Origin: Callorhinchus milii
Lineage: Eukaryota
Assembly (NCBI RefSeq): GCF_018977255.1
Contig: NW_024704743.1
Location: 12,464,001-12,528,000, forward strand
Direction of reading: 5' to 3'
Length of the DNA stretch: 64,000 nucleotides
The position numbers were made by a program, and so were the translations under genes. This document shows positions 49,416 through 63,240 of this stretch, in pieces. Each line of letters opens with the position of its first letter. The first letter of the stretch is position 1. The notes beneath the pieces were generated by a model that was not told the DNA's origin, ran no database searches, and was given only the letters and a program-made list of their open reading frames with translations.

Positions 49416-50639
49416 CTAAATCTCTTAAACTGGTAGTTATATTAATAGTCATGTATAATTGTAAGGAACTCCACAAACTCTTAATTTTCTAAACCCAATA
49501 GCACCTTTTATATAAAGTCCTTCAGCACTTGACGAAGACTGATTGGAATTGCAATGATCAGCGGTTTAGTTAAGAGTTCTATAATCAGAGAAATTTATAG
49601 TCAAGTCAGCCCATAGAGTCTGGGCCAGCTCTCCGAGCAGCGTATGCATTTAAATCCCATTGCCTACCTTATCAAGACAGTGGGTTTGAATGCACACCTT
49701 TCTCTGAGAACTGGTGTATTACTTTCAAGCTCTGTATTTCATATATCTGTCTACATCCCTCTTGAAAATCACAATGAACTCTGCCTCTGCTGCCTTACTT
49801 GGTGGGCATTCCACATCCCATTGATCCTGAAGGCTGAGCCATCGATGGTCGCTTGAAGGGGTTGGAAGACAGCCAGCAATCCGAGGTTAGCCAAGTGTAG
49901 AAGGCGCTCAGATGAGATAGCTAAGGGGGATGCTAGGCCTTGAGGGATTTTATAGGTGATAGTCTGGACTTGAAGTCAATTCATTGGGAGGCAGGGAGAC
50001 GGGAGCCTGGCAAGGAATGTGGTGTTGGGCATGTGGAGGTTGGTGGAGCAGAGTGTTTATGGGGTTAGCCTGAGTTTATAGGGAGGAGGCCAGTGAGGAA
50101 TGCATTTGAGAAGTCAATTCAGGAGGTTTAAAAATATGTGGATGAGGGGAAAAACTAGAATTATTAGGCTGTCAGTATTGTTACCAAAACTATAAATTGT
50201 AAATTAATTAAGTTGATGCATAGCTTTAGTGTAACATTCATTTGTGGGTGTGGAGTAAGTTCAATGTAACTAAATCTCCATATGAATTTATAGCTAGTCT
50301 ACATGTACACACTAATGTGTGATTTTCCCCAGCGCTTCCTTGCATAGACTGCAAACTATCCTGAACTCTGCAGCCTGTGTCCTCTTCTGCTCCAGCTCTG
50401 CAAGCGTATCGCTCCCATCCTCGCTCAGCTCCACTGGATCCCCATCCCAGCGGGTTGGATTCAAGATCCTTGTTTCCACCTTTGAATCCCTATAGTCTCG
50501 CCACATACTACTTTTGCAACCTTGTTCAACTGTACCCCTTGGGCTGCTCCCTTCACTCAGTGAATACTGACTTTATGTTTCTCAACCTACCAATTGGTGA
50601 GCCATTCCACCCCCGTTCTTGGGAACTGTTTCCCGGAGT

Positions 50640-52905
50640 CCTACTGACTTTTGCCCTCATCCCTGTCTCTCTGCACTGAACACCTGCTCATAATGGGTGA
50701 TTTCAGCCTCTACCTAAACTCCCCTTGCACCACATCTTCGGATTTCACTCGCCTCCTCCCTAAACCTCACCCTCCACATCGACTCGCCGACCCACAACCG
50801 TGGTCACTCCCTCAACCGCGTTATCACACATGACCTTGACATTTCCGACCTGTCTATCATGGACAAGGCTATCTCGGACCACTTCCTCATCTTTCTCTCC
50901 TCCCACATCCCCCTCTCCTCCTCCAAGCCCTCCACCATTTTTTTCTGGAAGCCCCTGGAAAAAGCTTCCCCCTGAGTCCGTGACAAATGCCCGTCCTTCC
51001 TCAGACCTCCTCTCCCTCTGGCCCTCCGCCCTGATACAGAGGTCATGCTGCTGAATGACTCCCCTGAAGTCCAGGGTTGTTTCCAAACCCACTTGCTCCC
51101 CCTGGTACCAATGAGTATCCACTCACTCATAACACAAACCCGGATGCTTGAGTGCAGATGGCCGAAATCCGGCCTCACGATTCACCACCAGCTGTGGCTT
51201 GAGCACCTCCGCACTTACCGGCTCTCCCTTTCACAGGTCAAAACTGGCTTTTACTCTAAAGTCACCCTGGAGGCAAGCAATAATCCAAAGACGCTGTTTT
51301 CCATCGTCCATCATCTCCATGCAACTCCTCAAGTCCACTTGATCCTCATGTCAAACGCCAAGTGCAAAGAGGTCCTAGACTTCATTGCCTCAAAAATTGA
51401 AAACATCTGCTTGGTTGGATCATCCTCCCCCCACTCCGCCCTCCATCCCACCCAGACCATCCACACCGCCTTCTCCCTCCGCCACAGCTCCTGCTACTCC
51501 CCCGTCCTTACATTCCTTTGCCCCCATTTCTCCCTCCTCCCTCTCAACCACAATCACCCGGGTGAAGTTCACCACCTGCTACCTTGACCCCCTCCCCACC
51601 CAGCTGCTGGTCACTTGACTCCCCCTTCTCTCTCCCTGCTCGCCAACACAGGCAACCGGTTACTCCTTTCTTGAGCCCCTGCAGTTTGGTTTTTGCCCTG
51701 TCCACAGCACTTGTCAAAGTCACAAACGGCATTCTATCTATCTGGGACCAGGGCTCCCTCTGCCTCCTCGTTCTCCTGGATCTCTCTGCCGAGTCCTCCT
51801 CCTCCATGCTCTCCTCCCTCATCTTTCTTAGAGGGAACACACTCGTATGGCTCACGTCCTACTTAACCAACCACCTCTATTTTATCTCAGCAAATGGTTT
51901 CTCCTCGTGCTCCCGCCCGGTTACCTGCAGGGTACCCCAAGGCTCCATCCTTGGCCCTCTTTTCTTTATATGCTCCCGCTGGATGATGTCATCCGCAGAC
52001 ATTTGACACAGTAAATTTCCATGTGTGTGCGGATGCCACACAAATCTACTTTGCTTCCTCTGATACCAACTCCAGGTCCGCCGATGATCTATCAGCTTAA
52101 TGGCAGACATCAAGGCCTGGATGAGTGTAAACTTCCTGCAGCTGATATGGACAAGACAGAAGCCATACTCCTTGGCTCCCATCAGAGTCTTCACTCCTGT
52201 GTATCTAAACACCTCAACCTCCCTGGGTTATCCCTCAGATTCACTGAACCAGTGCGCAAACTAGGCGTCCAGTTCGACCGTCAGATTTCCTTCCTCCCCC
52301 ACATCCAGTCCCTGTCCAGGACCACCTTCTTCCACCTCCGTCACATAGCCCGCCTCCGACAGTACCTTACCCCAAATTAATGCATTTGTCGCTTCCCGCT
52401 TGGATTACTCCCAACGCACGCCTCGCCGGTCTCCCTGGCTCCACCATTCACAAGATCCAGCTTATTCAAAATTCTGCCGCTCGTATAGTGACCTGGACCA
52501 AATTCCGTACCCACATCTCACCAGTTCTGGCTAGTCTCTACTGACTCCCCATCACTGAACGGATTGACTTCAAGATCCTCATACTTGTGTTCAAATCCAT
52601 TCACTCCCTGGCACCTCCGTACCTCTCCAACCTCCTCACTCCCCAATCCACCACCTGGTGCCTCCGCTCACCTGGCACCGGCCTCCAGCTCGTCCCTCGC
52701 ACCCTCCGCCACACCATCAGAGTTTGTGCTTTCAGCCATTACGCCTCAAAACTCTCTCCTCTCTTTCACATCCCGCCTGAAAACTTTCCTCTTCGATCGT
52801 GCTTATGGCCACCTCCCCCAGCTCAGAGTCTTGCTCCGCCACTGTTAAGCGATCTGAGATGCTACCCTGCATGGAGAACGCTATATAAGTGGAAGTTGTT
52901 GTTGC
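50640..52905 (+). mobile_element. Decayed long L2 copy (EN, RT and tail remnants)
   Basis: Broken frames contain [37 protein letters not shown] and FKSIHSLAPPYLS; ends in a (GTT)n tail. Confidence 0.85.
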
Positions 52906-53970
52906 TCTCTCCTCTTTCAAGGTGTGTTTCCAGGTATACCTTCTTGACTGTGTTTTCAGTCATCTTTCCCCTTCTCCCTCCGTTTGGTTCCCACCCAAGC
53001 CCAGTCAGCAGTGTTGAGTCCTTTGAGACGTCCTTCCAACATGAAAGGCGCTATATAAATGGAAATTGTATTGATACTGGATACATGCCAGAATTTTCTG
53101 AAATTTCCATCTATCAATCTCCAAGTCAAAGCGTTTTGTTTTTTCTGTCTCTCATCATACAAAATGATCGTCTTGAACCATAAATATCAGAATATAGTAA
53201 ACGTGACCAACCAGCAGAAGCTGGGTAAAGATAAGGCTGTCTTTGTTAGAATTTCTATCATTTGTGGTTGCAAATGATTTTTTTAAAAAACCTTTTCTCA
53301 CTGAAGTGCAGTTCTATAGACATAAGTAGCCCTCCATCTCAAGTGGGTATTGGCCTCTTCATGTGTGAAGCTAGAGTATTGGCAGGCTGCATAACCACAG
53401 AAAGTGTCGCAGCTAAGCCCTGCCCTCTTGTTCATCCACATCCAGCAAGGTATTGGGACTGCAGTTGGAAAGCTGTTTTTCTCCTCTTTCTTCTCCCCTC
53501 TCCACCACAACTCTCAAATCTTTTTCCTCGTCCACTGTCTGAGGAGATATTGAATAACAAAATTAATGTTATTCCCCAATATAATTATTTAAGATTTAAG
53601 CGCTCTGAGATGCTACCCTGCATGGAGGACTCTATATAAGTGCATGTTGTTGTTGTAAAATTAATATATAGATGTTCACCCAATCGTAAAAAAGTACCAG
53701 GACAGCTAGAGTTAATTGGTTTCCAGATACATTACTGAATGAGTTGTTTTTGACTTTGGAATTGGTAGGAATTGGGAGGATGTCCATAGTTGGCTTGCTG
53801 TTGTTTGGTGCACCACTTATATTGGAGAATTTCTTCCGGTTCCAATACTTTAGAAATTGCTGCATTTATTTGCAGGGCTGAAAACAAACAGTTGCAGTAA
53901 TAACTGCACAAGTAAGCTTTTTTTTAAAATGCCTTATTAAATGGAACTTTGAGGTAAGTTAAGTATTTAA

Positions 53971-54596
53971 TGCCTTTGTCACCTCAAGGCTGGACTATGG
54001 GAACTCTCTCCTCGCCGGCCTTCCCGCCACCTCCCTCCACAAGCTGCAGGTCATTCAGAACTCTGCAGCTCGTGTACTGTCCCGCACCAGGCTTCGCGAC
54101 CACATCACTCCCACCCTCGCTCGCCTCCACTGGCTCCCCATCCCCCAGAGGATCAAATTCAAGATCCTCATCCTCACCTATAAGGCCATCCACGGCCTCG
54201 CTCCCCCCTACCTCTCCGACCTACTATCCCCCTACCTACCTGCCCGTACCCTCCGTTCCTCCGGCTCCGGTCTGCTCCACATCCCCCGCCCCAACCGCCC
54301 TACCATCGGTGGCCGGGCCTTCAGCCTCTCAGCCCCCAGGCTCTGGAACTCCATCCCCAGTGCCTTCGCCGCCTCCTCCCTTTCCTCCTTCAAGGCCGGT
54401 CTCAAGACCTTTCTCTTTGACTGTGCCTTCAGCTCCCCTCTCGACTCTCTTCCCCCTCCTCGCACCCTCCCTCCCTTCCCTCACCCTGACCATTTCCCCC
54501 TTGCTCGGGTCCTGACCCAACTGTACAGCGCCTTGGGACGTCCTCCTGACGTGAAAGGCGCTTTATAAATGAAATCTTGTTGTTGTTGTTGTTGTT
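53971..54596 (+). mobile_element. 5'-truncated copy of the young L2 family
   Basis: Near-identical to 29880-30530; ends in (TTG)n. Confidence 0.93.
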
Positions 54597-55710
54597 AAGC
54601 ACCTGTAGATGAGGTTGAATCATACTTGCTAATTAGATCTTTTTAAAAATTAACGTGCATGACTACTGATTGGAGGCAATTCTAATGGCAATTTTAGCTT
54701 CAAAACTGACCCATAAGGGTGATTCAGGCCAAGAGTGGGCGATTGTTTGTATTTTACATTTATGTCAACGTAATTGGCATCTTAGCCATTTTATTTCCAT
54801 AGCGCAGTATTGTAAATACTTAATGGATTAAGGGTTTGAAAAGGGATATAGTAACTGAATTAATGTGCCAATAGTAGGTAGGTCTGATGAAACTAACAGA
54901 TTGTACTTCTATAAGATCTCACGTACAATGCATATGATGAATCTGTGTGGCTGTCGCGTTTTGCCGACAAAATATATAGTCCATTCACTTTACAGTATTT
55001 TCTGTGAAGTGCTTTGAGACGGCTCAGATGTGATAAGGTGCTATATCAAATGCAACAATTATTATTATTAATACCTTGACGTTTCACAATGATGATAGGA
55101 CATATCGAGTAGGGAGTTTGTAGGCATTGGTCAATTAAAGAATTTTTTAAGGCAAAAGGATTTGGGGAAGTAATATTTCAGAGTATGGGACTAAAGGCCC
55201 TTATCACATGGTCAAGATGTCTCGACGTGCTTCACAGGATAAAGTGTGTATTTGAGCAAAGGAAAGTAGACCAGGTCAGAGTCCAAAGAGTAGGTTGGAG
55301 GTTAGGACTAGTGGGCATTGCAGAGATAGGGTGGGCAATATCGTGAAAGGATTTGAAGGTAAGGGCAAGGATCTGGAGTACTGGAATCCCATGGAGCCAG
55401 CAAGGATACAATACAGAATTACATTTGTAAAACGCCTTTCACATCGGGAAGATATTCCAAGGCGTTGGAAGGTCAGGGTCATTAGGACCCGAGTGGGGGA
55501 GGGGTCAGTGGAGCGGGGTGTTGTTGGGATCAAGATCAGGGAGGCAGAGAGCGTGGCTAAAGGCACAGTCGAAGAGGAGGGTCTTGAGGCATGCCTTGAA
55601 GGAGTCGAGGGAATGAGGCGATGGGAATGTGGAATGGAGTTCCAGAGGGTGAGTACAGAGAAACTGAAGGCCCGATCGCTGATGGGTGAGTGTGCGAGAA
55701 AGTACATTAG

Positions 55711-56094
55711 TAATAATAATAATAATCCTTGCATTTGATATTGCGCATTGTTACATCTTCAAGACGTCTCAAAACGCTTCACAGAATATACTGTAATGTG
55801 AATTGATTATATTTTGTGTGCAAAACAGAGCAGCCAATTGCACACAGTCCCATAAACAGTTGAGTGACCAAATTATTTGAGTGACCAAATTATTATTTCT
55901 TTTAATTTTTTGTTGAGGGATTATTGCACCTGGAAAAGCAATCCACCAATTGACGAACAACCGGGTTCCTACTTATTTCTAGGTAAACGGAGGCGTGTGG
56001 AGTAAGGAAACTTGCCCAGCGTTTCGCCCTGCCCGGGAATTGAACCCAGGTCCTCTCTCTTGCGAGGCGATTGCTCTAACACTACAGGACTCCA
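55711..56094 (-). mobile_element. SINE family A copy
   Basis: Colinear with 15171-15545. Many tail-only copies also occur (e.g. 1680-1870, 26570-26745, 58440-58610, 61228-61390). Confidence 0.85.
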
Positions 56095-58327
56095 CTTCAG
56101 TATTGCCAGCAAAGATTTTATTTAACGAGTTCTTGGACATTTTGCAGTTTCTGCTAGGGAGGCTGGCACGGAAGACTTCGGAGAAATCTAGTCTTGAAGT
56201 AACAAAATTAACAATTTGTTCTCTAGGCCACATAGGCCCTTTAGTAATCTTGCTTTAGGATTGCAATATTTCCCATTTTAAATCCCATTAATAATGACAA
56301 CCTTTTGTTTAGTAATGACCACATAATTACCTCCAATGTCAATTAATGTGCAGTCATTTCAGTATTAACAACAGATTGTATTTATGTAGCACCTTTCACA
56401 ATGGGATGACGTCCCAAGACACAGTATTAATTTGAACTGTTAGCATTGTTTCAGTACAATAAACAAGATGTTGAAACATTGATGCATCTTATTCTCCTAT
56501 TTTATATATTTGAAAACCTTGATGAATTTATTAATTATGCCCAACTATGGTATAGAATTTGTATTGAACATCCCAATCCTGAATGTGTTGAAGCAAATGC
56601 AATATCCAATTAAATGCCAAATCAGTAATTGTTTTGGGAGTAACTGCCAAAGAGTTTTTAGTTACTGTGTATTTATCTTTTATTGAAGACAGTTTCTCCT
56701 GGTGTTCTGACCAAGAGTCCCCCGAACAAAATTGGTCATTCACTCCATGGTTGTTGGCAGGACAGCTGTGTGCAAACTAGCTGCTTCATCCACAAAATAA
56801 ACACAGTGACACCACTTTACAGAGTATCCTGTGAAGCACTTTGAGACGTCTCTGATATGATAAGATCACTACCAACATGGTTGCCGAAGATCTGTGCAAA
56901 CTTGAGGTAAACAAATCTCGGGGACTGCATAAATTGCATCCGAAGATCCTTGAGGAACTAAGGGAGAAGATTGCCACAAATCTTTCAGATATCACTGGAT
57001 ACTGGAGAGGTGCCTGGGGTCTGGAGAAAGGCAGATGTTATACCTATATTTTAAAAGGTAGCAAAAATGACCCAGGAAACTTGCTATTTTTTACCTAGCA
57101 AATTCTTCAGTTCTTATAATACGGTGCTGTATCAAATGCAAGGATTATTATTATTGTTATGGTGCATAATGAAATGTCCTTTCATCAAAGTGCATGTACA
57201 TCAACTCCATGCATTGAGCTATTTATAAAAAAATCTGCAAAATAATGCTTTAGCTTGCAAATATAGTATATGTCAAAAAAATAATTTTCAGTTCTTTATT
57301 TGTTCCAAATTTTTATAAGTATATTTGGTAGTGAAGGTGTTAAATCAATTTACTGGTACAGCAAGCAATGTTTTTTTTCTAAAGGTGGCAGCCAAGATAA
57401 AACATAAAAATATAATATCTAATAATGAATACATGTATTTGCATACTGCATTTGCTATACTTGCATTTGCTATAGCGCTTTATCACGTTACCAAAACGTC
57501 TCCAATCGCTTCAATGATTGAATCATATCTGTTTAAATCTGAAAATTTGCTTTTATCAAAGATAAGGATTATTTATAAAGTTATAGCTCTGGTTCTGTGG
57601 CTGCATTTTTCAGCCAAACATGGACATCTTCTGAGGTACATGAAATGCAAAATGGAATTGCAATGTAAGTTGGCTGTACAGCATCGCTGTGGTAACACGT
57701 GTCAGTCTAGCAGAAAATTACAAGCGCCTGTCAGCAAAAGCACAGTGCAGAAAGAAGAGAGGAACAGTTTGAAGTATTTTTATTACGTCTGTCACGCATT
57801 GCAGAGGTGGTGATATTTTTTGTTTGCTTCATACAGGTGTGCACATCTTCGGGTTCGGTTAATAACCACATCTTGTATCCACCCTGACGGCTTGGAGTTC
57901 AGTCTTCAGGGTGGAGCAACATAGTAAACATTTTTGGCTTGCCTCAGATCAAGAGTGTTGTGTTTTGTGCACAATAGTTTCACAGTAGGTGTGGATTTTA
58001 CAGCTCTGTTGGACTTAACTCGCATTTATTTAGACTAACAACAAGGCGGCTATTGGACCAGCAATTTTACACCTATCTGATTCCAATATTTTCAGCATCT
58101 GTCCAGGAAGTTTACTATTTAAAGAACAGTCAACCTCTTGTGGGACAGTAGCTTTCACAATTGCTCACTAATTGAGGTTAGTGGGCAGTAGTTCTGAAGC
58201 ACCATCAATGGGTAGAACTAATATTGGAGCTTGCTCCCACATCCTTTAAGCACTATTCTGTTTTCAATACCAACAAAATTCTAGGAAAAGGCAGATGGGG
58301 ATTTAGGTTTTATTCCTAGTAACACTT

Positions 58328-58448
58328 AAGTAATAAATTGTAATATAATTGTAAAAGTAATAAATTGTAATATAATTGTAATAATTGTAATAATTGTAAT
58401 ATAATATTAAGTTATATATGTAATATAACTTAATATAAGTAATAAATT
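58328..58448. repeat. AT-rich tandem repeat (taattgtaa-like), probably slippage within a SINE's AAT tract
   Basis: Direct inspection; it abuts a SINE 3' half. Confidence 0.75.
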
Positions 58449-59071
58449 GGTCATTTTCAATCTACGACTGTTTGTGGGACATTGCTGTGCGCAATTGGCT
58501 GCCGCGTTCGCCCACAAATATACAGTCAATTCACTTTACAGTGTGTTCTGTGAAGCGCTTTGGGACGTCCTCCCGATGTGAAAAGCGCTATATCAAATGC
58601 AAGGATTATTTTGATTATTAAGTAAATATTTTATTGTAGTTGATTCATCACTGTTAACCAGTCACTGTAAGCAAGCTTTCTTCCCACTCAGCTCTTATTA
58701 ACCCTGTAAGACAAAGGGTGTTTCAATTTATTAGAAATTTTTGAGTGAATTGGATGAGAGAATGTAAACATGTTTAATGACAGGAATCCTTGACTTTTTC
58801 TGAGTGGGGAAGGAAGGTTTCTTAATGTCCGCTTGAATCGCAAAGTAGTTGAGATTTAATGACTTCGTTGAAAAACTGATGTGATCTTTTTATAAATGCA
58901 CACTATATGAACTTGATAATCCTTGCATTTGGTAACCAGCCTTTCAAGTCAGGAGGATGTCGAAAATCACATCATAGAATATATTGTAAAGTTAAGTGAT
59001 TTTTTTTATTGTGGGTGTATGCAACAGCCAATTTTGCACACAGCACTGTCCCACAAACACCCATGGAATGA

Positions 59072-60622
59072 ATAACAACAACAACTTGGATTTATCCATC
59101 TTCCATCCCAGACGGCGTCTCAGAGCGCTTTACAGTTTAGGATCCTGGGAACGAGCCAGGGGGAGGGGTGGGAAGGTGACCAAAGGACAAGGAGGCAGAG
59201 GGAGCCCTGGTCACAGATAGAGAGGATGTCGTTTGTGACTTTTACAAGCGCGATCTCTGTACTGTGGGCGGAAACCAGACTGGGGGGCTCGAAGAGGGAG
59301 TGGGAGGAGAGGTGTGCGCGGAGTTGGTTTGCAACAACGCGTTCTAGAACTTCTGAGAGGGAGGGCAGGTTAGAAATAGGGCGGTAATGGCTGGGGTTTC
59401 AGGGATCTAGGGAGGGTTTTTTCAGGAGGGGGGTGATTACAGCAGTTTTGAGAGAGGCAGGGACTGATCCGGAGGAGAGGGACTGGTTGATAATGTCAGC
59501 CAGCAGTGGACAGAGGAGGGGGAGCTATGTGACCAGTAAGTTGGTGGGGAGGGGGTCGAGGCAGCAGGTGGTGGGTTTCATGGAGGTGATGGTGGGAGGA
59601 GGGAGAGATGGGGAGGAAAGAGTGTAGAAAGGAGCTGGTGGTAGTAGCAGATGATGAGGAGGGTGAGGGGGACAGAGAGGGCGTGGTGGGTGACAAGGGG
59701 CAGGTGGATGAGGCTGCCTGGCGGATGTTCAGTATTTTAGTTGAAAAGAATTCCATGACCTCCTCGCACTTGGCATTTGATACGAAGATTGAGGAGGCCT
59801 GAGGGGGGGGCATGGGGGAGGTAGTGGGTGGTGGAAAAAAGGATTTTGGGGTTGTATTTAGCTTCCAAGATGATGTTGGAGTAGAAGGCCGTTTTTGCGC
59901 GTGTCAAGGATCTCCGCGGGTAGAAGGCCAGATGGATAGGATGTTTGAAGATGAGAGGGCCTTTGTGAGGGTCTCAGGGGGTAGACTTTTCCAAGGGCGG
60001 TAGAGGATGGTTGAGGGCTTGGTGGAGGAGAGAGGGATGTAAGAGGAGAAGGAGATGAAAAAGTAGTCCGAGATGGCCTTATCCACTATGCTGAGCTCGG
60101 AAATGTCAAGGCCGTGGGTGATGATGAGGTCAAGTGCATGACCATGGTTGTGGGTAGGTGAGTTTATATGAAGGGTAAGGTTTAGGGAGCAGAGGAGGGC
60201 AGTGAAATCAGCAGAAGTGGTGCAAGGGGAGTTTAAGTGGAGGTTGAAATCGCCCATTATGAGTAGGCACTCGGAGCAGAGGGACAGGGAAGAGAGGAGA
60301 GTAGAGATGTCTGTGTGAAAGGAGCTGGGGGGGCTTAGGGGGGGCGGTAAACAAGGAGGATTTTCAAAGGGAGAGAGGGTTGGAAAAGGGTGAGGTGCTC
60401 GAAGGAGGGGAAGCAGCCAGAGGAGTAGGGGGTGAGACCAAGGGAGGCTTTGGAAATGAAGGCCACCCCGCCGCTACGTTGGTTTGGACAGGGCATGTGG
60501 TGGAAGGTGTAGTCTGGAGGGGAGACTTCCACTAGGGAGACGGGGTCATTGGGGGAGAGCCAGGTTTCGGGGATCCCAAGAATATCAAGGTGCTTGTCCA
60601 GGATGAGGTCATGAATGGTGAC
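59072..60622 (-). mobile_element. Decayed L2 copy with an internal deletion joining the RT region to the 3' tail
   Basis: Minus-strand ORFs contain VYRPP, MGDFNLHLN and HGHALDLII; RT-to-tail junction near 59183. Confidence 0.85.
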
Positions 60623-62159
60623 AACAACAAGATTACATTTGTATAGCGCCTTTCACGTTGGGAGGACGTCCCAAGGCACTGGACAATGTACAGCATTTCA
60701 ATTGTATTTAGGGGACTGTTAGCTTGACACTCTGAGAAATTCCGTTCTCTTGTTGAATGGTGCCATAGGATCTTTTACGATCCACCTGAACAGCCAGACT
60801 GGTCCTTGGTTTAACGTCTCATCCGAAGGACGTCTCCTCTGAGCATGCAACACACCGCTAGCACTGATTGCGGTGTCATCTTCGACTATATGAGTTCCAA
60901 GTCCCAACCTGGACTTGGAATTCTCACTTAAAGGCAAGTGTGCTACCAAGTGAGCCAGCTTTGACACACAGCTTGTACTTTAATATAGAATATTGTTATG
61001 GAGAGAAACACAGCACATATTCTGCACTAGTATCGTCTTACAAGCAATGAGATAAGCAAATTTTTTTTTGTGTTGGGGACATTGGCCAGGACACTATGTT
61101 GACTTTTAAATTTAGAGACAGTGAAAGGAAATTTTCCAAAAATGGAGGGAGTTGACAAAGGTGGTGAAAAGCAGTTGGGGAGAAATGGAAGACAGAGGTG
61201 GGGAACTTGGGGTGGCCCGTACTTCAATAATAATAATCCTTGTATTTGATATAGTGCCCTATCACATTTTCAAGACGTCTCAAAACCTTTGCAGAATATA
61301 CCATGAAGTGAATTGACTGTATTTTGTGGACAAAACTTAGCAGCCAGTTGCGCACACCAGGGTCCCACAAACATTGAATGATCAAATTATTGTTTTTTAA
61401 AAGATATTAACACTGGAAAGCGAAATAATAAGCTCTTCTCATAGACCTTGTAATTTCATTTAATAATAATAATCCTTAGATTTGTTATAGAGCCTTTCAC
61501 ATGAGGAAGTCTCAAAATACGTCACATGATGTACTGTATGGTTGCACCTGCAAAAAACACTAATGTTTGCATAGAAGGATCCCATGTAGAGCCATAAAAT
61601 GGATAACAAATTTTATCTGTGGTGAATTGATAGCCAGGACACCAGGAAAAAGTCCCTTCTCTTTTTGAAGAGTGCGATGGAATCTTTAATGTCCTCTTGA
61701 ACAGTACATTGGTTTAACGTCTCATCTGAAGGATGGCACCTCCAACATTACTGATCATGAATTGTATGTGGGGTGTCGGTGGGGTGTGTATATGTGTGTG
61801 GTATGTGTAGGTTAAATGGTAGAATTTAAGTTTCCTAAATTGGGCAAGAGAATTTGAAGCCTAAATTGTGTACGGGGGAGGGTGGGAAAGGCTTTTATTA
61901 ATATCCTTTTATTATACCACTCCACAAATTACAAATATCAGGGACTAATACCCTAATAGGGCACTGGAAAGTAATCGTAATAATTTTAAGAAAAAAAACT
62001 TACCCTCCACTCATGGAAGTAAGTTGTATTTTGCAAATATAATAATTGATTATGTTTAATAGACTATTATATTAGAAAATATTTCATTTCAAATAATAGT
62101 GTATATTATGGTTTCCTTTGGACAACTCAGTATTGACGTTTTTCTCCCCTATTTTACAG

Positions 62160-62231
62160 GGAAGTCTTCGTTGACCATTCAGTTTGTTGAAGGGCAGTTT
62201 GTTGACTCATATGACCCCACAATAGAAAACA
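62160..62231 (+). CDS. RHEB: Rheb exon 2 (GKSSLTIQFVEGQFVDSYDPTIEN)
   Basis: attttacag acceptor, gtaagt donor, 72 bp; completes GKS and contains switch I YDPTIEN. The rest of the gene is beyond the window. Confidence 0.97.
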
Positions 62232-62787
62232 GTAAGTAATTATTTAATAAGCACTATTTATCTTGCATAACTTTGGGATTTAATTCCTTATATAACACAC
62301 AAACCAACTGGCACCTATAAACCTATAAACTGGCCTTTCAGATAGCGAATGCTAAGGGCATCATTAAGATCGTTAGCAAACAAGCAAATGGTTATGCACA
62401 GAGTATTTCGGATGTAGTATGTGGTTGAGGCAGGATCTATACAAGCTTTCAGAAGGGAACTAGATAAATATCTAAAAGAGAGTAAACTGGATAGGGGTAT
62501 TGGGAAAGGGTAGGTAAATGGAACTGAAGAATTGCTCTTAAAGGAGCCAACACAGACACAATGGGCTGAATGGCCTTCTTCTGTGCTGTAAATTTCTATG
62601 ATTCTATGGTTTTAAAATGCTTCACAGACATGAGTGAATGGGAGCCTGAGAAGGATGGGAGGTGTGAATAATAGAGAGGTGACTGAACACACAATAAGAG
62701 GTGGGTTTCAGAAACAAAGAGGAAAAGTGTGAGGTGAGTTATTTAGAGAGAGAGTTCCATAGATCAAGAGCAAAGTGTTTGAAAACT

Positions 62788-63240
62788 CAACAACAACTTG
62801 GATTTATATAGCGCCCTCCACCCCGGACGGTGTCTCAGAGCGCCTTACAGTTTAGGATCCCGGGAACGAGCCAGGAGGAGGGGTGGGAAGGTGACCAAAG
62901 ACGCGGTCGAAAAGAAAGGTCTTCAGCAGAGACCTAAAAATAGAAAGGGAGGAAGCGAGACGAAGGGAGTGAGGAAGGCAGTTCCAGAGCCTCGGGGCAT
63001 AGTGGCTGAAGGCACGGCCGCCGAGGGTGGAGCGGAGGACTCGGGGGTCAAGGAGGAGGCCAGACCCAGAAGAACGAAGGCAACGGGTACTGTGCTGAGG
63101 AGAGAGGGTCAGAGAGGTAGGGGAGTGCAGAGGAGTGCAGGGACTTGAATACGGGGGTGAGGATCTTGAAATCGATCCTTTCTGGGATAGGGAGTCAGTG
63201 CAGTCTGGCAAAGACGGGTGATCGGGGAGCGGAGTTTCGG
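62788..63240 (-). mobile_element. L2 3' fragment
   Basis: Highly similar to 41700-42150; STLGGRAFSHYAPRLWNCLP. Confidence 0.88.

Noticed and set aside
53876..53953. Cryptic exon in RHEB intron 1 (gtaagc and gtaagt donors)
   Set aside because: Weak acceptor and no independent support.
57325..57813. 162-aa ORF in RHEB intron 1
   Set aside because: Non-ATG start, crosses a SINE tail, and resembles no protein I recognise.
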